From assembly GCF_006345805.1 (NCBI RefSeq), contig NC_042999.1, forward strand, positions 135,966,001-136,030,000: DNA of 64,000 nucleotides. Direction: 5' to 3'. Source of the DNA: Octopus sinensis. Taxonomy: Eukaryota. The translations under genes were made by a program, and so were the position numbers. The notes beneath the pieces are model-generated. The model was not told where the DNA came from, ran no database searches, and saw only the letters and a program-made list of their open reading frames with translations. This document shows positions 26,701-39,886 of the stretch, in pieces; the stretch's first letter is position 1; each line of letters starts with the position of its first letter.

Positions 26701-29700
26701 ATCTAAGCAGTTTAGCTAAGTCAGCAAACATCTAGTTATTTTCAACTTTTTACAAATCATGTGGTGTTAAGGTTGCATAAGTTGTAAAGTTTATATGATT
26801 AAAAATCAATGTTTTAGATCAAAATATCTCAGTTTGACTTCTGTAGAGACAAAAGCTGGCCAAATACAGATATTCTTAAACTTGCCTTGCTTTGGGCCCT
26901 CACTTCTTTGATTGAGACATAGGGGTACTGTTGTGATATATGGTATGTCTTAAGAATCTGGGGGAGCCTACCCTTTTTCCAGTTTGGACACAGCCAATTT
27001 CTACTAAAAAGGCAGACAGACAGACAGAGAAATAGAGACAGAAGGAAAGAAAGAAAGACAGATAGATAGAAAGAAAAAGCGGGAGAAAAAGAAAATCAAC
27101 TCCAGTGCCGGAGTAGTTGTTTATTTATCAAATTGAAAGATGAAAGGCAAAACTGATCTTGACAGGATTTGAACTCACAGCACAAAGAGCACAAACGATT
27201 ACTGCAAATCAATCTTTCTGATACTCTATTTGCTGCCTTCATTACTAATGACTCAGCAATTTAGGGTTCAAGGGTTTAGACCAATGGAAAGTGTTTTGTA
27301 ATGCTGTTGTTTAGGAAATTTTATTTTACACTTTAGTTAACATAGGTGTGAGAAGCATGTAACAAACTTTTATAAGGAATGTCACCAGTGAGAGACTAGT
27401 GTAGTATTCCAATGGAAATTTATCTCACATTTTCATGTTACAGAAACTGAAGTGAATCACTGGCCTTTAGGTTGATCCTTGTGATTCATAGAAATATTAA
27501 CTAAATATTTTTATCCTGAAATGATACAAGTATTTAAATCTTAAGGAAAGTTGATGAGTTACAGTGTAAGTGGGGAATGTTTGCTAATGTATGTTCTGAT
27601 TTGCATGAGATCAGCACATTTATCACTCAGCCATGAGGTCTCTGTGTCAAATATAGATGAAGGCTAGTTTACTCACTCACTCTCATGTATTTGAACAAAC
27701 CCACACAATAATACATATATAAGCTCCACATAACCAAACCTACATACAGACTTTTATGCTCACATATTATACACACACACAGAATTATACACACACACAT
27801 ACATACATACATATATGTGGCTCACACATTAACATACAAGCACACTCACACATCACACATATGTACATATATGTGTGTATACATACACAAGTACGTGTAT
27901 GTAATACTTATATATACACACACAGGGTCTCACACACAAGTGGGGAACTGTCACATGTATATACTGAATGATTTAATGTGATCATTACATAAATGAGAAA
28001 GAACTTCCAAATTAAAAATTCATACTTGAAGAGAAGCATTACTTTTGTTCTTTCAGCTCACTTTTAGTAATGTCCACATATTAAATATTCAACTTGACAG
28101 TAATTCACAACTTAGAAGCATTTATTGATTCTTGAAATTGTCTGCTACAACACATCTGCCGGATGTCACAAAGATATTTTATGAAATAGGAATGACAGTA
28201 GAATGTTTACAATCAGCTGTTTGCACAAGAATGAGAGACGAAGCTGGCGAATGATTCAAAATATAAATTGATGCTACATCTTCTCACACAACTCCCCCAA
28301 CTGTAATACAACATATACATACTTATATTACATGTGCAAACACAATTTAGATTGCATAGATGTAGGATTTATTTCAAAGAAAGTTAAGTTTCAGGATTTC
28401 TGAGGCAGGAAGTGCAGAGAGTGCTGGTGAGGGGGGAGGGTTAATGAAGAAATGACATTTCAGTGATAAAGTAAGGAGAAGTAATTTAGTTGAAATAGAT
28501 TAAGTTAGCACTCTTCTTTATCTGGTTTCTGTTTCAATAATGCCTCTTTTATATCAGCATATATGTGTGTATTATAATTATATATAATATGTATTATATA
28601 TGTGTGTGTATTATAAGCTAATATATGTCAAATCACTTGTGAGTGCTACTGGTAACATGTAATCCAGTACAACCTGTTACATGGTCAGGACACTGGTAAC
28701 TAAGCTAGCAACTCTACTATGTTAGCTTAGTAAGGAGGGTCACTCTGCAGGATGAAAAACAAAAGCTGTCAAAGGATGGATTAACTCACTGAAGTGAACA
28801 GCCATCCAATACTGTGTGCACAAGCTCGGTCCAGCTATTTCCCATGAACAGTGTTAGTTCCTGCAGCAATCATCAAGAAACTAGTAACTTTGTTGCAGAG
28901 GATTGATACATTTTCAACAATAGATAGGCACAAGTTCATTCAGCAGAGTACCATGAGTATGAGAATGTAGGCATGATGTATACCACAGTACTACTGGAAG
29001 TTTGTGACACCAAGTCCTTATTAGGACATTGCCCTAGACGGTTGACTCTGATGTAAAACCTGTAACTCAATGACAGTGGATGATGTTGACAAGTTTTTCT
29101 TTTTGGAGCATCTGTCATTGTTGCTCAGAAGAGGGAATTGGTTGCGTGCAAGGTTTCTCTTTACTTTAAAAAGCATCACGCATAGGCATTGCTTGACATA
29201 CCACCATTGTCAACCAATACTTGAGAATGAGAAAGTTGCCATTATATATATATTATGATGATTGTGTGAAGGCACCATCCATCCACCCATCTATCCATCC
29301 ATCCATCCATCTACCCATCCATCCATTCATCCATTTATCCATCCATCCAATTATCCATCTATCTATCTACATATATATATATATATTTACACACACATGT
29401 GTATTATGTATGTGTGTGTGTGTGTGTGTGTGTGAATGGATCTCCATTAGTCTTGAGGATGAAGATTTAGTTGTCCAATCAACTATATTATCTGCTCATT
29501 GAATTAATAAGTAAGTGGCTGAATATGGTACAGACCTATGTAACCTTAACATAATTCTCAGCATGACACCAGCATGTGACAAGGCTGGACTGTTTGAAAT
29601 ACTGGTAAAACTCAACTAATGGATAGCTATACAATTTCGAAATACCTAATTTTACTCATAAGGAATGAATCACCCAAGGCAAAAGAAAATGACATTTGCC

Positions 29701-29717
29701 CAAGATGCCATGCAGTA

Positions 29718-31155
29718 CAAAGGTTGGCTGAAAAGTTCATAGGCTTACTATGAAGGAATGATGCTAGAGCTGTGAAATCTTGCATGCATTCATCTCAACT
29801 CTGCTTATTAATAACTGCATTGTTTCTTCCCAAGCAAACTGATATCTGACTGTTCAAAGAAGAGTTCAAAAGTAACTAGTAGCAACTTCTCTTGAAAATG
29901 GACAAAATTTGGTATCATGGTGTTATCAAGTACTTGCAGGAAAAGGGTTTGGCCTCTAAGGACAGTCATACTGAGATAGTTGTTACATTAGTAGATGACG
30001 CTCCAATTTTATAACAGTGCAAAAGTGGACAGTTGAATTTAGTCCTGAAACTGCCACCACAGAGGAAAAAAATTGATTGTGTCCACCACATGGTGACAGA
30101 TGACTATAAATCAAATACTTTTCTACTCTAGGCACAAGGTCCGAAACTTTTTGGGAGGGGCCCAGTTGATTAGATCGATCCCAGTATGCAACTGGTACTT
30201 AATTTATCGATTCTGAAAGGATGAAAGGCAAAGTCGACCTCAGTAGAATTTAAACTCAGAATATAAAGACAGACGAAATACTGCTAAGCATTTTGCCCTG
30301 CATGCTAATGTTTCTGCCAGCTTATCGCCTTGACTATAAATCAAATTGCCAATGCTATTAGCATATCTTGTGAGAGAATTGAAAATATTCTGCAGAATAA
30401 GCTTGCCATGACAAAGGTTTCTGCTTGGTGGGTGCCACATCTTCTGACACCTGATCAAAAGCATATCAGGCTGATCACATCACAAGAAACTCTGACTTTG
30501 TTAGAGGCAGATTCAGCTGGTTTCCTTGAAAGTTTCCTAACCCAGGATGAGTGTTGACTTTATCAGTTTGAGCCAGAGCAAAAGAGACAATCTATGAATG
30601 GAAACACTTCTCACTTACTCCAAAGAAGGCCAAGGTTGTTTCATCTGCTGTGGGAAGGTGATGGTTTCAGTTTCTTGGGATATGAAAGACATTGTGTTTA
30701 TTAACTATCTTCAAAAGGACCATGCTAGCAATGGAGAGTACTATGCCAGTTTTCTGAGGCACTTACAAAAGGCTATGAAGACTAAATGCTCAGGAAAACT
30801 GGTGAAAGGCGTCTTATTTCATCAGGACAATGCTCCAGTAGACAAGCCATTGGTTTCAATGGCTGTTGTGCATGACTGATTTTTCAACTGGTTGATCACT
30901 ATCCTTATTCCCCTGATTTGGCTCCATCTGATTATGATCTGTTACCCAATGTGAAAAGACACTTGACTAGAAACTAGTACCGAGTCATATCTGCTGTTTA
31001 TGACTGTTTTGACCAACAGGATGAAAGCTTCTTCACCAATAGAATCCAAGCACTACAGCTCCACTGGAAGAAGTGTGTGGACTGCAAAGGGGACTACATT
31101 GAAAAATAAACCCCATTTAGTCACATTCCATGAGAGTGTCTTGGTTGGCCTATTA
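29718..31155 (+). mobile_element. Mariner DNA transposon with pseudogenised transposase (about 29898-31109)
   Basis: TA followed by a left TIR-like end. Translation MDKIWYHGVIKYLQEKG, WVPHLLT, FHQDNAP, YSPDLAPSDY, ending GDYIEK*. Several stops and frameshifts. Right TIR is truncated. Confidence 0.9.
30117..30330 (-). mobile_element. tRNA-derived Meta/MESC-type SINE nested in the mariner
   Basis: 16-bp target-site duplication TGACTATAAATCAAAT at 30101-30116 and 30331-30346. Contains gcctttcatcctttc..atcgataaattaagtacc on the minus strand. Confidence 0.85.
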
Positions 31156-31196
31156 GACCTGAACTGCATGGTGATATAACAAACTTATTAACCACT

Positions 31197-31262
<66 letters not shown>

Positions 31263-31842
31263 CCTTTTGGTTTTAATTGCTATAGCCATCTATATTATAA
31301 TGTATTTAATATATCTTAATATATTAATATATTATTATATCTTATTGTATGTTATATATATATGTTGAGAAAAAGGAATATATATTCTTTTTTTGTTCTT
31401 TTATTTGATTCAATCACTGGACTGTGGCCTTGCTGGGGCATTCCCTTTAAGGGCTTAGTTGAACAAATCAACTTCAGTGCTTCATTTTTTAAAATCCGGT
31501 ACTTATTCTATTGGCTTCTTTTGCTGAACTACTAAGTTATGGGGACATAAACAAGCAAATACAAGTTGTCTAGCAGGACTTATTCTTTTGGAAGCCTAGT
31601 ACTTATTTTATTGGTCTGTTTTGCTGAACCACTAAGTTATTGGGTCATAAACACACCACCATCGGTTGTCAAGCGATGTTGGGGTGACAAACACAGACAC
31701 ACAAACATATACACACACATACACACACACATATATAGGCTATAGTAGAAGACACTTGCCCAAGGTGCCATACAGTGGGAATGAACCCTGAACTATGTGG
31801 TTGGTAAGAAAGTTACTTACCACACAGCCACTCCTGTGCCTA

Positions 31843-31886
<44 letters not shown>

Positions 31887-32503
31887 TACACACATACACA
31901 TATACATGTACATATATGCTCTCTTACACCTTATGCATCCAGCTTGCCTTTTCCCATCACTTTTGTGTTTCAACCTCCCCCCAAACACCAAACACTTCAC
32001 TCCTTATCAGAACTTCTATTCTGAAGATCACTCTCTTTTGCTCATGTTTTCCTTATTGAAAGCAGGCTGACCATGAACCATTGGAGCCTGTATGTAGTTG
32101 GTCTCTTGTTTAGAAATAGCAGTTCAATCTATTTCATGCTCTCAAATCTTACACTACTGTCTTAAAAAAGAAAAAAAAGAAAAAAGGAAAAAGCGGAGGA
32201 GGAACACATTGAATAATGTGACCCTAGATATACTATGTCTACTAAAAATGCCTCAGAATGGTCAAAGCTAGAATGCCTTTGATTATAGGTTTCTAGCATC
32301 AATTATGACCCTGGGCTAAAAAGGAAAATAACTTTGTCAATTTAGGAACACCTGCAAATGTTAAGGATACTGTGCCTTCTTGGATTACATTAAAAAGAAC
32401 TATTTATAGTGCTTCATCTCAACTCCTATCATGCGCTGTTATATCTGATTTTGTGTGTGTGTATGTGTGTGTGTGTTGTGTTGTGTGTGTGTTGTTGTTG
32501 TGT

Positions 32504-32534
<31 letters not shown>

Positions 32535-32697
32535 TGTGTTGTTGTGTTGTGTGTGTGTGTGTTGTGTTGTGTGTGTGTGTGTGTGTGTTTGTGAGTGTGT
32601 GTGTGTGTAGCATTTATTGAGTCTTGTGTAATGGAAAGTGAAAGTCCCTTGAGCTGAAAGTCTTACACAAACACAAATAGACACACGTCCACACATG

Positions 32698-32732
<35 letters not shown>

Positions 32733-33744
32733 GCATATGCGTTCGTGAGCATATAGAGAAAGTGGAGAAAGAGGAACGTTGGGTGGGGTGAGTAGGAGAG
32801 GAAGAGGAGTTGAGGAGGGACATGGGGGAAGCTGATGAAGAGTGTGAAACATTGAAACACTGTAGGAGGATACCACATTGATAGATATAACACACTTGTT
32901 ATAGCATAAATCAATAAATATTAGCAAAGCATAAAAAGCATGAAAGCATAAACCATAACTGCATTTAATTACATTAAATGCAGTTACTATGGTGATGATG
33001 ATGATGATGATGATGAGAATGGTGATTATAATGTTAAAAATGGTAGTGTTGCTGCTACTGCTGATAATGATGATGATGATGATGATGATGTTGGTGGTGG
33101 TGGTGGTGACGATGGTGACAAATGATTATGATGATGATGATTGAGATGAAAGTCATCATGGTAATTTTTATACTGTAAGTTGTTTGCGATCACAGTGATA
33201 GTAATGGCAATGGTGACGATAATAATGATAATGATAACGGGGTTGATCACAATCATGATTTTATATGTGTGTGTGTGTGTGTGTGTGTGAGCAAGCCCAT
33301 GCACAATTCCAAACCACAACTCTTATTGAATAGGCAAGGAAAGAGCAGTGTGCAGAGGGGTGCATAAGAGGAATTGCTTAATCCTTTACTGGTTTTTGTT
33401 ACACTAGTAACGCAATTAGCATGCATGCATGCACACATACATACACACACCTGTACACTCACAGAGGCACAGGTGTGGCAGCGTGGTAAGAAATTTGCCT
33501 CCCAATCACATAAATTAAACAAAAATGAGGCAAGAAAAATAACTCAGAGTTGCCAGTAGCATGTATTTGAATAACATAAACAAATACAAATATGTCAAAT
33601 AGGATACAACATAAATTCTAGTTTTATAAAAAAATCCCAGTGATTAAGAAACCTCCAAAACTGACATGACATTATGGAAAAGGACAAGCATATTTCCTTC
33701 ATGCTGGTAAAGCTTAAATTATGAACCTCATAATACTTATTTAC

Positions 33745-34158
33745 TAAATGCCCCACATGTTTCATGTCCTCTAAAATGCCCTACATGTTCCATGTACTTT
33801 AAAATATCCCACATGTTTCATGTCCTCTAAAATGCTCCACATGTTTCATGTCCTCTAAAATACCCCACATGTTTCATGTCCTTTAAAATGCCCCCACATG
33901 TTTCATGTCCTCTAAAATGCCCCACATGTTTCATGTACTTTAAAATGTCCCACATATTTCATGTCCTCTAAAATGCCCCACATGTTCCATGCCCTTTAAA
34001 ATGCCCATGTTTCATGTCCTCTCAAATGCCCCACATGTTTCATGTCCTTTAAAATGCCCCACATGTTTCATGTCCTTTAAAATGCCCCACATGTTTCATG
34101 TCCTCTAAAATGCCCCACATGTTTCATGTCCTCTAAAATGCCCCACATGTTTCATGTC
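33745..34158. repeat. 28-bp minisatellite, about 15 copies
   Basis: Unit aatgccccacatgtttcatgtcctctaa. Confidence 0.95.
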
Positions 34159-34561
34159 TGTCAAGAAAAGGCAACAGGACATCACTCTAATTTGCCACCT
34201 GTGAGTCCCTCTATTAATATCATGAGGTGTGTTTAAGAGATTAGTGAAGTACAGACACAGTGAATGTGAAGCATAATTTCCAACAAGATTTAAATAAACT
34301 CAATACACAGGCTTTATGTCATCAGTTGGGAACAATTCAACATTCTATATTCTTCCAATTAAATAGTACATAACAACAAAAAGAACAGCAGCAGCAGCTG
34401 CTGCCACTGCCACTGCTGCCACCACCACCACCACCACCATCAATGAAGAATTTACTGTTCAACATCTACATCAATATTTATTTTAATCTTTTGTCATCCT
34501 CTTTATCTGAATACAGTTATCTCTTTTGCTATATAATCTTGATATCACACAATTGTGTGTA

Positions 34562-34603
<42 letters not shown>

Positions 34604-34657
34604 CATGTAACTCCCAATAAATGTGTTGTGTGCCCTTCTTTCGTTTGTCCACTTACT

Positions 34658-34693
<36 letters not shown>

Positions 34694-36368
34694 AGGTGGT
34701 GAGCTGGTAGAATTGTTAGCATTCTGGGCAAAATGCTGAGTGGTAGTATGTCTGTTTTTACATTGATTTCAAAATGTCATGGTCAATCATACCTTCTATC
34801 CTTTCAGGGATAATAAAATAAGTACCAGCTGAGCACTGGGGTCAATATAACTGACTTACCCTCACCGCTCCCAACAAATTGCTGGCCTTGTGTCAAAGTT
34901 TGAAACCAATGCGTACATACGCATTCATATATACACATCTAATTTAAAACAGATAACAGTGTTAGATTACCACATGCATCTTGATTTAGAAAAGGCACAC
35001 TACATCTCTGAGTTGTAAAAGAAGAAAACAATACAAAAAAAAAAGAAAACTAAAAGGGCTGGTAACAAAAAAGGCATTTGGCCATAAAAATATTGCCTCA
35101 GAAAATCCATCCAGTCCATGGCAACATGGAAAAATGGGTGTAAAACAATGATGGTGATGATGATATCAATTATGATGATGATGATATCAATTATGGTGAT
35201 GATGATGATGATGATTATTGACAACAGTGTTCAAGATTGATGTTTTATATTAAATAATTTTTTTTTCCATATTACTTTATTAGTCCTTCATGCTTTAATT
35301 TATAACAATAACTTTGTCCTAAGTCCATTAACATCTCAAGATCTGCTTGACCTTTTCATCTGAAATCTGAATGTGAAGGATAACAGTGGCATGTTGTTAC
35401 TATATGTTTTTTTAGTGGGCTGCAAACAATTATGGGATGATGTTGTAAGTGATAGCTTCATAACTGTCAGATTTAAAATTACTCCTGGTTACTTTTCATA
35501 GTTTATTTTATGTGGACTGCTTCTGTATGTTGATTTTTTTGGCTTGTATTTTACTATTAATAAAGTTTAAAACTGTTACATCTAACACCATCTAACACAC
35601 AAGTATGATACTTTATTGTCAGCTTGCCATGTATTTAAAATGAGAAGCTATTTCAGCACATTATAATACAGTACACGAAGCAAATTTAGTCCGAAAAAGA
35701 AAAATTGAATTAAAACCCTCCCAAAAATTTACTGATAACATTACCATTCCATATAGAATTTTACACACACACGAACACACACACACACACACATATATAC
35801 ACACACACAAACACACACTCCCCCCTCTCTCACACACACACACACACACTCTCTCTCTCTCTTTCACACACATACACACACACTTACACAAACACACACA
35901 ATTGATTAAGTATGGCAGGTTTATTAATAGTGAAAAGCAAACTACTGGGCACGTAATGCTACCGTGCACAAATGGTGAAGCACAAATGAACTGACAGAAA
36001 AACTGGGTGTAAGAGAGAAATCAGCTGTAGTGTGAAAATGAAGAAACTGTGTTGGTCATGGATATAATTAGGTAAAGAGGTGCCAAGCAATTCATGTAGA
36101 AAGAGCCGCTGAAAGAGGAAGACTTTAGGAAGACATAGGAAGAAAATGGTGAAGGTTGATCTTATGATGCTGAACCTCATGAAAGAGGTGACAAAGGATT
36201 GTGATAAGTGGCAATACGCCATGTTGAAGAAGTATCTGCCAAGAGAAGCAAGTATGCAGGACTGGACATATGCTGATGATAATGATGTATGCACACGCAC
36301 GTGAATATGAATATATATATAAATACATAAATATGTATGCACTTGTGTGCATATATATATATATTCAC

Positions 36369-36445
<77 letters not shown>

Positions 36446-36449
36446 TGTA

Positions 36450-36815
36450 CTCTTTTACTCATGTCAGCCATTTGACTGTGGCCATGCTGAAGCAGTGACT
36501 TTAGTCGAACAAATTGACCCCAGGACTTATTCTTTGTAAGCCTAGGACTTATTCTATCAGTCTCTCTTGCCAAACTGCTAGATTACGGGGTCAAAAACAT
36601 ACCAACATTGGTTGTCAAGCGATGGTGGAGGGACAAACACAGACACACAAATACATACATATATATACATATATATATGATGGCCTTCTTTCAGTTTCTA
36701 TCTACCAAATCCACTCATAAGGCTTAGGTCAGCCTGAGGCTATAGCAGAAGACACTCGCCCAAGATGCCACGCAGTAGTACTGAGCTCAGAACAATGTGG
36801 TTGGGAACTAAGCAT
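36450..36815 (-). mobile_element. CORE-type SINE copy
   Basis: Reverse-complement homology to 11518-12010. Confidence 0.75.
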
Positions 36816-36829
36816 ATATAATTATTTAC

Positions 36830-37070
36830 GCAGATATTACAAAAGTAAATAGACATCTTTCTTTTTGCTTTTGCTTTCTTATTTTGAAAGATTTATTTTT
36901 TTTAGAAACAAAATAATGTCATTTGGTACATTTAAATATTTAATCTTGTATTTAGCAGACATGCAGTTTTTTATGATTTAACCTATCTGGGCCTTATAAT
37001 AACAAAGAATGTCCGTACACATATAATTTCATAATGAGGGCGTGGGGTCTATTTACTTTTGAGATGTGTA
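36830..37070. mobile_element. Small MITE-like element
   Basis: Inverted ends caaaagtaaatagac / gtctatttacttttg. Confidence 0.5.
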
Positions 37071-38178
37071 TGTGTATATATAAATGTATATATCTATAGG
37101 CACAGATATGCCATGACAGTTGTCCAGAATCTCATCCACAAGGGACCTAAACAAGATGGGTCAAAACAATTGTTATGATTAATAAAGTATCTCGTGAATT
37201 CCATTTTCTCTTTCATTTGTTACATACTTGACAGACATGGAATAATTTATGCATATCCATACTGTTGATGACATAAAGTAACCACAAACTGTCCATGTGC
37301 TTTAATCGACATACTACCAGGTGTATACCCAAATTTAAAATCATCATCATCATCATCATTTAACGTCTGCTGTCCATGCTAGCATGGGTTGGACGATTTG
37401 ACTGAGGTCTGGCGAACCAGACTCCAATCTGATCTGGCAGAGTTTCTACAGCTGGATGATGCACTTGCATTAAATTTACTGCAATTTTGGACTTTGTTAA
37501 TTCTATCAAAGTGTTCATTTAAGTTCAATACTGCATTGCTATTTTTGACTATACGTAGCTTATAGCTATATAGGAAAAGCACAATACTCAATTCAAGGGT
37601 GTGTTAATTTGCATACCGGCATTAATTTGACTGCTGTGAAGAAATTATTAATCCACCAATATAGCAAGAAAACTAAAAATATACACAATTTGTGTTTGAA
37701 GCATATAAATAGACTTTATCATAAAGTTTTCAAATTACCGTATCGGTACTAGTAATGTAATATGTAGACATAGACACATACACACACATACCTGCACAAA
37801 TACATATATATATACACACACAGACAATATAGTATTTAAGTAGGAACAAAAACTTAAAGCACTCAAAAGATACCATTTAACTGTATTTAGACATTTAAAG
37901 TTAAATTGTACATATCTTTTCTTATAAATACACATACATTCATGTCAACATACTTGAATTTATGTATGTATGTGCATGTGTATGTATGTATGTATGTATG
38001 TATGTATGTATGTATGTATGTATGTATGTATGTACGTATGTACGTATGTATGTATGTATGTATGTATGTGTATGTATGTATGTATATATTTATGTATGTG
38101 TGTACGTATGTAAGTTTATATATATATGAAATAATATGAAAATATGAAATAAAAGCAGCAGTAGTGTAATAAACATTA

Positions 38179-38577
38179 TCAACCACATATACTTCATGTA
38201 TATGCTTTGTATATTTGCTGGTAACTTACTGTTGGTATGGTGGAGAATACTCACCCAAAGCAGCTTCATATGTGAAATTTAGTCATATATTTGCTTTGTT
38301 GGGGCATGCCTGCACATGTTTTGCATACCATAAGTCATGGACTGGCAAGGTAGTTCATCTCTGATCTTGTCAGGTACGTGATACTGACAAGCCACAAAAA
38401 GGGTGAAATATAAATGTCCATGACTCCTAGATGGATTGAAGGTGAGTTATCTTGTTTGTCTATGACTTGAAGGCATTTTTACACCCGGCACTTTGAGTGA
38501 GTATTCTCTATCATGCCTATAGCAGCTTACTGGCAAAGACAAGACACAAAGCATATTCCTTAAGTATATGTGGTTGA
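38179..38577. mobile_element. MITE with imperfect TIRs of about 85-90 bp and TTA on both sides (possibly PIF/Harbinger-type)
   Basis: tcaaccacatatactt...atatgctttgt...gagaatactcacccaaag pairs with ctttgagtgagtattctc...acaaagcatat...aagtatatgtggttga. Confidence 0.7.
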
Positions 38578-39360
38578 TTATTTATATAGGTATGGCAGTG
38601 TGGTGAGAAGTTTGCTTCCTAACCACATGGCTCTGGGTTCAGTCTCACTGTGTGGCACTTAGGGCAAGTGTTTACTACTATAGCCGATTAAAGCCTTGTG
38701 AGTAGATTTGGTAGACAGAAACTGAAAGAAGCCTGCCGTACACATGTATATATATGCATCTTGCTGAGTAATAAGAAACTCGTAAATAAGCATGTGGAGA
38801 AAATTCCAAGATGTTCCCACTGCACCAAATATGCATTTTCAAAAGTAGACACTGTGAAATAATAATAATAATAATAATTCAGGGAGTTTCCGCCATCTTT
38901 CCCACCCAACTAAGTGTCTGTTCATAGTAGTGCATCTCTCTCACTTTATATACATATGGTTGTCCAGCTATACCCCTCTCTCTCTATATAAATATGTATC
39001 TTTATGTAATCTCATGATCCAGCACTGTCAAATAATATTATTATGAGCAATTTCACCCGCCCCTTCTCATTCTTCCCCCCCAAACATGTGTAAGTGTGTC
39101 AGATTGTGCTATCTCCATATTTATACCTATGGCTGCCCACCCATGTGTCTACAGTCCATGAAAGTATATACTTGTCTGTGTGTGTGTGTATATATATATA
39201 ATTTCTTTTGCCCTTGTTTATAATATATATATATCTCATCATCATCATCATTTAACGTCCATTTTTTCATGCTAGCATGGGTTGGACGGTTCAACCGGGG
39301 TCTGGGAAGCCAGGAGGGTGTGCCAGGCTCCAATATATATATGTATATATATATATATAT

Positions 39361-39518
39361 ATATAATATTAATTCGAGACAAAACCACTATTTTCCTTGT
39401 TTGTTTTGCAAAATAGTGGTTTTGTCTCGAATTAATATTATATAATATTTTACTATAAAATTGGATTTAATCCTAAATCTGATTTTTTCCCTGTAAATTT
39501 GGATTTATTCCCTAATGT

Positions 39519-39533
<15 letters not shown>
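39361..39533 (+). mobile_element. 5'-truncated member of the 42630 family with a short inversion and no ribozyme
   Basis: 39391-39530 is nearly the reverse complement of 42630-42765. 39361-39394 is an inverted copy of 39411-39444. Flanked by (TA)n. Confidence 0.75.
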
Positions 39534-39568
<35 letters not shown>

Positions 39569-39641
39569 GAGTTTGTGTAGGTGTGGATATGTATGAGCGT
39601 ACATGGGTGTGCGTGTATGTATGTGGTAGAGAAATGTGATA

Positions 39642-39886
39642 CAGTTGTGGTCATAAGTTTGGAACATAGGCCTGAAAATTAAAAATTCTTTTATTAAATG
39701 CCCAAAGTTATATTTAATTTGCAATATTTATCATTACTTGGCTAAGAATTTGGAACAAATGTCTGAAAATTAGAATTTTTATATTAAATGCCCAATTATA
39801 TACATTATATATATTTGAATCAAATTGTATTTGGGTATTACAATTTTAATTTTTAAAAAAATGTTCCAAACTTTTGGCTATGACTA
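39642..39886. mobile_element. Tc1-like MITE
   Basis: TA-CAGTtgtggtcataagtttggaaca pairs imperfectly with tgttccaaacttttggctatgact. A partial internal duplicate lies at about 39737-39800. Confidence 0.55.

Noticed and set aside
32830-32870. CTGATGA...GAAA-CACTG-TA hammerhead-like string
   Set aside because: The flanks (ggggaag / ggagga) cannot form stem I; likely chance in purine-rich sequence.
33745-34158. p53 response-element array
   Set aside because: CATG cores are 7 nt apart instead of 10 and lack the 5' RRR.
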